From positions 1 to 8,269 of the forward strand of contig CAJINV010000053.1 of NCBI GenBank assembly GCA_905178155.1: a stretch of 8,269 nucleotides of DNA, read 5' to 3'. Of this stretch, positions 1 to 7,289 are shown one piece after another. The translations under genes were made by a program, and so were the position numbers. The stretch's first letter is position 1, and each line of letters starts with the position of its first letter. The notes below the pieces were generated by a model. That model had not been told where the DNA came from. It made no database searches and saw nothing but the letters and a program-made list of their open reading frames with translations. Origin of the DNA: Amoebophrya sp. A120. Lineage: Eukaryota > Protista > Dinoflagellata.

Positions 1-422
1 CGGCAATTTTGCAGAAACCCCGGCCCCCGTTTTTGCAGGATCCCCACTGAAATTTTGCAAGAATCTCTGCAAAATTTTGCAGGATTCCGGGGCTTGGCAA
101 TTTTGCAGAAACCCCGGCCCCCCTTTTTGCAGGATCCCCGCTGAAATTTTGCCGGAATCTTTGCAAAATTTTGCAGGATTCCGGGGCTCCGCAATTTTGC
201 AGGGTTCCGGGGCCCGGCAATTTTGCAGAAACCCCGGCCCCCCTTTTTGCAGGATCCCCCCCTGAAATTTTGCAGGAATCTCTACAAAATTTTGCACGAT
301 TCCGGGGCCCGGCAATTTTGCAGAAACCCCGGCCCCTCCTTTTGCAGGATCCCCGCTGAAATTTTGCAGGAATCTCTGCAAAATTTTGCAGGATTCCGCG
401 GCCTGGCAATTTTGCAGAAACC
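1..422. repeat. Tandem repeat, ~94-bp unit, ~4.3 copies (probably truncated by the window start), made of four TTTTGCAG sub-repeats
   Basis: GGCAATTTTGCAGAAACC starts at 2, 96, 216, 311 and 405 (periods 94, 120, 95, 94). The 120-bp unit carries an extra 26-bp sub-repeat near 190-215. Units contain the palindrome CTGCAAAATTTTGCAG or a close variant (perfect at 67-82 and 376-391). Confidence 0.95.
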
Positions 423-612
423 TTTCGGGCGCGCGCTGGGAGTATTATCGGGGCGCGCAGACGGCCGGGGGCGTGGTTTTTTCGTTCCTGGTTCGCTGGT
501 TCAGATTTATCTTTTCGCCTTTTTGCCGACACCAAAATCAGCCTCGGCGGGCGCCGAGACTTTCAGTGGGGCGCGCAGACGATTGGCGGCCTGGTTTGTC
601 TTTGGTCTCTTT

Positions 613-934
613 GAAAGCAGACCAGATCCGAACAAAGTTGTTCCTGGTGCCAAGGATTTGCATCTGCTGGCCCTTTCCCCCATGGTATGGGACCGGAAAG
701 CAGACCAGATCCGCGCAAAGTTTTTCGGGGTGGCGCGGAGTTTGCGCCACCCGGAACAAAGATTTTCATCTGCGGCCCCTTTCCCCCATGGTAGGGCCCG
801 GAAAGCAGACCTGAGCCGAAAAAAGTTGTGCCGGGTGGCGCGGAGCTCGCGCCATCCGGAACAAAGCTTTCCATCTGTTGCGCCTTTCTCCCATGGTATG
901 GGACCGGAAAGCCGACCAGATCCGAAAAAAGTTG
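613..934. repeat. Degenerate tandem repeat, 83-106-bp unit, ~3.3 copies, with an internal GC-rich hairpin in two units
   Basis: GAAAGC(A/C)GACC starts at 613, 696, 801 and 907. Each full unit ends in CATCTG...CCTTTC.CCCATGGTA.GG(G)(A/C)CCG-like sequence. Hairpins lie at 728-752 and 831-859. Confidence 0.9.
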
Positions 935-945
935 CCTCCACTTTC

Positions 946-1366
946 TTCGCGCTTTCCCGCTTTCGCACGCTATGACGGACGCGGTCCGGCTAGTAGGAAA
1001 CTGCTCGGCTGGGTCGGTTTGTAACATTCTGCGCGAGGCGGCCCGCAGTATCGTGCTGGTGGAAAAAGTCCGCGCTTCCAGTGTTTTATGGTATGGCGGT
1101 CAGCCTGTTCAGTTTTGTGAACCCGAGCAGCCGACATCTCCGCGACCTTGGATGGCAGTTGCCGCGCAACCGATTGAAAAAAAGGTCGGCACCAAGCGAA
1201 TGAAGGAAGTCGGGGCATTGCGAACCGTCACGGCCGGTCTCGCAATCGACGGAAGGCAAAACGTCGCCAAAGTTTCTTGCGCGTTATTTTTTAAAAATAG
1301 AAAAAAACACGGCGCCGGTTTTTTCATCACGTTGGTTGCGCTTCGAAAAAAATAACGCCAGCACTT
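946..1366. repeat. Dispersed repeat block A, copy 1 (diverged direct repeat of 6256-6688)
   Basis: Colinear similarity at an offset of ~5.31 kb. Exact matches: 1001-1034 = 6308-6341 (34 bp) and 1088-1117 = 6395-6424 (30 bp). Confidence 0.93.
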
Positions 1367-1374
1367 TGTTTCTT

Positions 1375-1462
1375 TTGGCGCTGCTTTCAGTTTCATAGTT
1401 GAAACTATTTCAGACTATTTCGGTCGGTGAACATTTTTAGTGTGGTGCATCCGCGGAGTTTT
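1375..1462. repeat. Truncated, diverged copy (left arm plus centre) of the foldback at 7045-7207
   Basis: TTGGCGCTGCTTTCAGTTTCATAGTTGAAACTATTTCA...AACATTTT...TGTGGTGCATCCGCGGA aligns with 7047-7137. No right arm was found downstream. Confidence 0.85.
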
Positions 1463-1894
1463 ACGGTTTTACTTTTATTGATTTGCGAAATCCGCGAACT
1501 TTCAAAATTTCGAGCCACTTTAGAACTTGAAGAATTTCAGACTCGGCAAAACTTTAGATGTGGAGACGGAGCGAACGGCTTGCAAATGAGTCGACTGCAC
1601 ATCGTGCAAGGAATTTTAGCTCGATTCGTACAATAAAAAGAAAGGCCGAAAATCGGGCAAACAAAAAAAACAAGAAAGCAAAAGGAAAAGAAGAAGAAAA
1701 CCATCGGGCTATTTCCTGTGTACTTTACAGAGAAAATGTGACAGGTCGCCCAATAATATTTCCTTGCGTCATTTTCAAAGTGTTACGCTTTGAGTTTTTG
1801 AGGTGTTCGATGTCGTATTTCAACAGTTTCGCTCGAAGTGTTACGCCAGCTTATGTAGCGATCGTCCACGTAGAATTGCAAAAGAGCAAGCACT

Positions 1895-2560
1895 GATGCG
1901 CAAATGTGACATTTGCGATTCAGAAGACACGTACATAGAATTCAGCACGTATATTAATTGCGTTTTCCGAACTTGTGATATAAAATCAAGAACTTTCTCG
2001 AGCGTGTGTTTGCAAATCTTCTGGAATGCAGTGACATGTTGGAAATAATTTCCACAGGTTCGCGAATGTCGTCGAATTCTGTCAAATCGTGCCAATTCCT
2101 TGCGAGTATTTCCTTTGTTACTTTCTGAATCGACTCAGACAAAAGACCTCCAACCGATTTGCTACGAAAAAGAAAAGGCCAGCGCCTGGCCCCACAGCTC
2201 GAAGGGTGTAGCAGTCAGGAAAATGATGGCAAACATTTCCACAGCCACAAGAATGCCGACGAGTTGTGTTCAATGTTATTTCCCCGCTCATTTTTGAATG
2301 AATTCAAAACAGAACTACAGCGCTACGACACAACAAAAGCGCTAGCGTCTATCCCCACGCACTCTGCTACGCCGTCTTCTGTGGTGTAGCTACGGTAAAA
2401 ATTTAAAAATATTATGAATAGCGCGCCAATGCAGCATTTGCGCTTTGTAATCTACCTCCACAAATGGCATCAATAGCATACATCTCGTTTCGTGTCCTTG
2501 TGATATCAAATGAAGAACGTTTTCGAATGTTTTTGCGGATCTTGTGGATGTGAGAAAATA
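1895..2560. repeat. Degenerate ~300-360-bp module M in tandem: one full copy (~1895-2190), one internally deleted copy (~2190-2420) and the start of a third (~2424-2560)
   Basis: Shared ordered motifs: CGCAAATG-N3-CATTTGCG dyad (1899, 2424); TTGTGATAT(A/C)AAAT (1973, 2498); ATTTCCACAG...GAATG.CG.CGA.TT.TGT (~2049, ~2235); AAAA..GC(C/T)AGCG(C/T)CT (2173, 2335). 1895-2188 aligns with 6745-7038, and ~2221-2443 aligns with ~7424-7670. Confidence 0.82.
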
Positions 2561-2859
2561 TCTGCAGCGCTTGGCGTCGGTCGTCCTATCCTGTCGAATA
2601 TTGCCGACCTTCTCTCGTATCCACGTTCCAAAGATTTTCGAAGGTTGTCGAACCTGCCAACGTCGGCGCTGCGAATGTGTAACAAGCTCGCCAAAAATTA
2701 ACGAAAAGAAGCCGCCGCGGTTTCGACGATTAGCAACACGCTGTTCCGTGCCGCCGGGGTACCTCACGACACCGCCTGCCTGTTGAGTTTTGCGAACAAC
2801 AGCGTCCGCCGGGTTCTCGCCGAAAATTTTCGCAACCGTGGACGCCTGCAACCAAGACG

Positions 2860-3215
2860 CAGCCGGCCGGGAAATGTAAAAAACGGAACAGCGCGATCCA
2901 TCTCCGACGGTATGGCCGACGCAAAAAACGAAGCAGTAAGCAAAGTCACAGCCTTCCACTGTCAGCCTGTCGACCCGGCCAGGGGAGGCAAGCGAGGGAC
3001 GGGGCGGGCGCTAAGCTGAAGCCGTTCGGGAAACGTAAAAAACGGAACAGCGAAAGCCATTCCCGATGCTATGGCCAACGAAAAAAACGAGCCAGCGAGC
3101 AAAATCACGGCGCCCGGCTGCCCGCCGTACGGCCTAGCGCGGAGGGGCAGGCAACGGGGTACAGCGGGCGCCAAGATGCGGTCGGCCGAAAAATATAAAA
3201 AACGAGACAGCGAAC
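2860..3215. repeat. Degenerate tandem repeat, ~160-bp unit, ~2.3 copies
   Basis: CGGGAAA(T/C)GTAAAAAACGGAACAGCG at 2868 and 3027, and the variant CGAAAAATATAAAAAACGAGACAGCG at 3187 (periods 159, 160). GCGGGCGC(T/C)AAG recurs at ~3004 and ~3164. Confidence 0.85.
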
Positions 3216-3270
3216 AACAAGCGCCCAGGCAACGGGCGAACGGGGCAACCCTTTGGGATCAAAGGGTTGC

Positions 3271-6188
3271 GGCAGCGGCTGTCCGGAGGCCGCCGCCGCA
3301 ACCGGTGGACAGCTGTCCGCCGCCACCTGTGGACAGCTGTCCGCCACCTTGGAGCCGCCGCCTGTGGACAGCTGTCCGCCAGCTGTGGACAGCTGTCCGC
3401 CGCCTGTGGACAGCTGTCCGCCGTCGCCTGCGGACAGCTCTCCGCCACCTTGGGCAGCTGTTCTCGGACAGCTGTCCACCACCGTTGGACAGCTGTCCGC
3501 CGCCGCCTGTGCACAGCTGTCCGCCACCTGTGGACAGCTGTCCGCCGCCGCCTGTGGACAGCTGTCCGCCACCTGTGGACAGCTGTCCGCCGCCGCCTGT
3601 GGACAGCTGTCCGCCACCTTGGACAGCTGTCCGCCACCTGTGGACAGCTGTCCGCCGCCACCGGTGGACAGCTGTCGGCCGCCGCCTGTGAACAGCTGTC
3701 CGCCAACTTGGTCCGCCATCTGTTTCTGGACAGCTGTCCGCCACCTGTGGGCAGCTGTCCGCCGCCGCCTGTGGACAGCTGTCCGCCACCCGTGGACAGC
3801 TGTCCGCCACCTGTGGACAGCTGTCCGCCGCCGCCTGTGGACAGCTGTCCGCCACCTTGGACAGCTGTCCGCGAACAGCTGTCCGCCACCTGTGGACAGC
3901 TGTCCGCCGCCGCCTGTGGACAGCTGTCCGCCACCTTGGACAGCTGTCCGCCACCTGTGGACAGCTGTCCGCCGCCACCGGTGGACAGCTGTCGGCCGCC
4001 GCCTGTGAACAGCTGTCCGCCAACTTGGTCCGCCATCTGTTTCTGGACAGCTGTCCGCCACCTGTGGGCAGCTGTCCGCCGCCGCCTGTGGACAGCTGTC
4101 CGCCACCCGTGGACAGCTGTCCGCCACCTGTGGACAGCTGTCCGCCGCCGCCTGTGGACAGCTGTCCGCCACCTTGGACAGCTGTCCGCGAACAGCTGTC
4201 CGCCACCTGTGGACAGCTGTCCGCCGCCGCCTGTGGACAGCTGTCCGCCACCTTGGACAGCTGTCCGCCACCTGTGGACAGCTGTCCGCCGCCACCGGTG
4301 GACAGCTGTCGGCCGCCGCCTGTGAACAGCTGTCCGCCAACTTGGTCCGCCATCTGTTTCTGGACAGCTGTCCGCCACCTGTGGGCAGCTGTCCGCCGCC
4401 GCCTGTGGACAGCTGTCCGCCACCCGTGGACAGCTGTCCGCCACCTGTGGACAGCTGTCCGCCGCCGCCTGTGGACAGCTGTCCGCCACCTTGGACAGCT
4501 GTCCGCGAACAGCTGTCCGCCACCTGTGGACAGCTGTCCGCCGCCGCCTGTGGACAGCTGTCCGCCACCTTGGACAGCTGTCCGCCACCTGTGGACAGCT
4601 GTCCGCCGCCACCGGTGGACAGCTGTCGGCCGCCGCCTGTGAACAGCTGTCCGCCAACTTGGTCCGCCATCTGTTTCTGGACAGCTGTCCGCCACCTGTG
4701 GGCAGCTGTCCGCCGCCGCCTGTGGACAGCTGTCCGCCACCCGTGGACAGCTGTCCGCCACCTGTGGACAGCTGTCCGCCGCCGCCTGTGGACAGCTGTC
4801 CGCCACCTTGGACAGCTGTCCGCGAACAGCTGTCCGCCACCTGTGGACAGCTGTCCGCCGCCGCCTGTGGACAGCTGTCCGCCACCTTGGACAGCTGTCC
4901 GCCACCTGTGGACAGCTGTCCGCCGCCACCGGTGGACAGCTGTCGGCCGCCGCCTGTGAACAGCTGTCCGCCAACTTGGTCCGCCATCTGTTTCTGGACA
5001 GCTGTCCGCCACCTGTGGGCAGCTGTCCGCCGCCGCCTGTGGACAGCTGTCCGCCACCCGTGGACAGCTGTCCGCCACCTGTGGACAGCTGTCCGCCGCC
5101 GCCTGTGGACAGCTGTCCGCCACCTTGGACAGCTGTCCGCGAACAGCTGTCCGCCACCTGTGGACAGCTGTCCGCCGCCGCCTGTGGACAGCTGTCCGCC
5201 ACCTTGGACAGCTGTCCGCCACCTGTGGACAGCTGTCCGCCGCCACCGGTGGACAGCTGTCGGCCGCCGCCTGTGAACAGCTGTCCGCCAACTTGGTCCG
5301 CCATCTGTTTCTGGACAGCTGTCCGCCACCTGTGGGCAGCTGTCCGCCGCCGCCTGTGGACAGCTGTCCGCCACCCGTGGACAGCTGTCCGCCACCTGTG
5401 GACAGCTGTCCGCCGCCGCCTGTGGACAGCTGTCCGCCACCTTGGACAGCTGTCCGCGAACAGCTGTCCGCCACCTGTGGACAGCTGTCCGCCGCCGCCT
5501 GTGGACAGCTGTCCGCCACCTTGGACAGCTGTCCGCCACCTGTGGACAGCTGTCCGCCGCCACCGGTGGACAGCTGTCGGCCGCCGCCTGTGAACAGCTG
5601 TCCGCCAACTTGGTCCGCCATCTGTTTCTGGACAGCTGTCCGCCACCTGTGGGCAGCTGTCCGCCGCCGCCTGTGGACAGCTGTCCGCCACCCGTGGACA
5701 GCTGTCGCCACCTGTGGACAGCCGTCCGCCGCCGCCTGTGGACAGCTGTCCGCCACCTTGGACAGCTGTCCACCACCTGTTTCTGGACAGCTGTCCGCCA
5801 CCTGTGGACAGCTGTCCGCCGCCGCCTGTGAACAGCTGTCCGCCACCTTGGCCAGCTGTCCGCGGACAGCTGTCCACCGCCTGTTTCTGGACAGCTGTCC
5901 GCCACCTGTGGACAGCTGTCCGCCACCTGTGGACAGCTGTCCGCCGCTACCTGTGGACAGCTGTCCGCCACCTTGGCCAGCTGTCCGCGAACAGCTGTCC
6001 ACCACCTGTTTCTGGACAGCTGTCCGCCACCTGTGGACAGCTGTCCGCCGCCGCGTGTGGACAGCTGTCCGCCACCTGTGGACAGCTGTCCGCCGCGGCC
6101 TGTGGACAGCTGTCCGCCACCTGCTTCTGGCCAGCTGTTCGCCACCTGTGCACAGCTGTCCGCCGCCGGCTGTGGACAGCTGTCCGCC
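3271..6188. repeat. GC-rich minisatellite/satellite: 12-bp palindrome GGACAGCTGTCC plus short variable linkers (monomers mostly 14-25 bp, chiefly 21 and 24)
   Basis: Continuous array from the first perfect core at 3307 to 6188, with a degenerate lead-in from ~3271. Linkers come from a small set: GCCACCTGT, GCCGCCGCCTGT, GCCACCTT, GC, (A/G)CCA(C/T)CTGTTTCT. Confidence 0.98.
3558..5706. repeat. 317-bp higher-order repeat (14 CAGCTG-core monomers plus one collapsed monomer), ~6.8 copies
   Basis: The marker AACTTGGTCCGCCATCTGTTTCT occurs at 3705, 4022, 4339, 4656, 4973, 5290 and 5607, exactly 317 apart. Monomer lengths 21,24,20,21,24,24,20,18,21,24,21,21,24,20,14 sum to 317. ORF-track starts also recur every 317 bp. 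Confidence 0.97.
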
Positions 6189-6242
6189 TGGTTCGGTTTG
6201 CCACGTTCTGCAACAGGCTGCGCGTAGTACCGTGCGGCGTGG
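6187..6242. repeat. Short diverged duplicate of part of block A, abutting the satellite end
   Basis: CTGGTTCGGTTTGCCACGTTCTGCAACAGGCTGCGCGTAGTAC resembles CTGGGTCGGTTTGTAACATTCTGCGCCAGGCTGCCCGTAGTAC at 6316-6358 (128 bp downstream) and the block A copy 1 equivalent starting at 1009. Confidence 0.8.
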
Positions 6243-6255
6243 CGGCTCTCCGCGT

Positions 6256-6688
6256 TCGCGCTTTCTACCTCGCACGCCATGACGGCGGCGGTCCGGCTCG
6301 TAGGAAGCTGCTCGGCTGGGTCGGTTTGTAACATTCTGCGCCAGGCTGCCCGTAGTACGCTGCCGGTGAAAAAAGTCACTGGCTCCAGTTGTTGATGGTA
6401 TGGCGGTCAGCCTGTTCAGTTTTGCAACCCAAGTAGCCGACTGCTTGCCGCCGACATTTCCGCCGCCTGGGGCGGCAGTTGCCGCGCAACCGGTTGGAAA
6501 AAAAACACGCCACCGAGCGAGTCAAAGAATGCGAGGCATTGCGAAGCGTCGCTGCCGATTTCGCAATCGATGGAAAGCAAAACGCCGCCGCAGTTTCTTT
6601 CACATTATTTTGGAAAAATAGCTAAAAAAACGCCGGCGCCTTTTTTTGCAACGTTGATTGCGGTGCGAAAAAAAAACGCCAGCGCCTT
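6256..6688. repeat. Dispersed repeat block A, copy 2
   Basis: Colinear with 946-1366, from TTCGCGCTTTC to AAAA-CGCCAGC. Confidence 0.93.
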
Positions 6689-6744
6689 GCTCCGCCAAAT
6701 TATGCAGCGAAGCTGCAGCAAATATACAGCAGAATGCTCACAAG

Positions 6745-7038
6745 TGCGCAAGTGCATTTTTTGCGGCTCTTACGATGTATCTTCGGTTTTTCGAACGAGT
6801 AGAAATTGCGTCTGACGACATTGTGATATCAAGTGAAAAACTTTTTCGAACGTGTTTGCAGATCTTCTGGAATGCAATTACATGCTGCAAATTATTTTCA
6901 CAGCTTCGCGAATGTCGTCGAGTTCTGTCAAATGTTGCCAATTCCTTTCAAGTATCTGCTTGCTCAGTTTTTGAAACGACGCAGAGAAAGGATGTATTTC
7001 CAAGCGATTCGCCACAAAAAAGAAAACGCCAGCGCCTG
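6745..7038. repeat. Module M, full copy (paralogue of 1895-2188)
   Basis: Shares GTGTTTGCA.ATCTTCTGGAATGCA, TTCGCGAATGTCGTCGA.TTCTGTCAAAT, TGCCAATTCCTT and AAAAAGAAAA.GCCAGCGCCTG, in the same order as in 1895-2188. Confidence 0.9.
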
Positions 7039-7044
7039 TTCACA

Positions 7045-7207
7045 TGTTGGCGCTGATTTGAGTTTTATACTTGAAAACTATTTGAAGTGATTTATTGCCG
7101 TAAACATTTTGAATATTCTTGTGGTGTATCCGCGGAATTTCAAAATGTTTACCGGAATAAATAATTTCAAATAGTTTTCAACTATGAAACTCAAATCAGC
7201 GCCAACA
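7045..7207. repeat. 163-bp foldback (long inverted repeat), MITE-like or hairpin element
   Basis: Arms 7045-7113 and 7139-7207 (69 bp each) are reverse complements with 6 mismatches and no gaps by manual count. The 25-bp centre is itself a degenerate palindrome. No clear target-site duplication. Confidence 0.93.
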
Positions 7208-7289
7208 CCATAGCACAGCCCGAAGTGCGAAGCCTTGTTTATTCTTTACCGGATCTTTTGCCAAAATTTCTCAAAAGCGATAGATGATT

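Noticed and set aside
450-600. 14-bp direct repeat GGGGCGCGCAGACG at 450 and 568
   Set aside because: Real, but only two short copies with weak flanking similarity; not enough to define a unit or a target-site duplication.
728-859. Helitron 3' terminal hairpin or rho-independent terminator
   Set aside because: No CTRR follows within the expected short distance, there is no clean poly-T tail on the plus strand, and no upstream gene.
1085-1180. tRNA-derived SINE head or structured RNA in block A
   Set aside because: No convincing A-box/B-box pair or cloverleaf by eye. An Infernal/tRNAscan search would be needed.
1635-1700. A/G-rich tract as a poly(A) tail of a retroelement (similar tract at ~7793-7825)
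   Set aside because: Interrupted low-complexity purine run with no target-site duplication or retroelement body.
77-3174. Short and medium ORFs in the left part (e.g. 223-975, 828-1355, 2390-2959)
   Set aside because: They overlap tandem repeats, resemble no protein family I recognise, and reading frames are not consistently preserved between the U and U' paralogues.
3307-6188. CRISPR array (palindromic repeat plus spacers)
   Set aside because: The repeat is only 12 bp, the linkers are 2-13 bp and reused rather than unique, and there is no cas gene or leader.
3307-6188. Bacterial REP/BIME cluster or Chi-site array
   Set aside because: No gene-dense bacterial context or RAYT transposase is present, and the minus-strand CAGGTGG is not the Chi octamer GCTGGTGG.
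3071-6379. Long ORFs (up to 1081 aa) as genuine repetitive proteins
   Set aside because: Long ORFs occur in all frames, monomer and higher-order lengths (20, 14, 317) do not preserve frame, and there is no recognisable non-repetitive domain. Explained by satellite composition.
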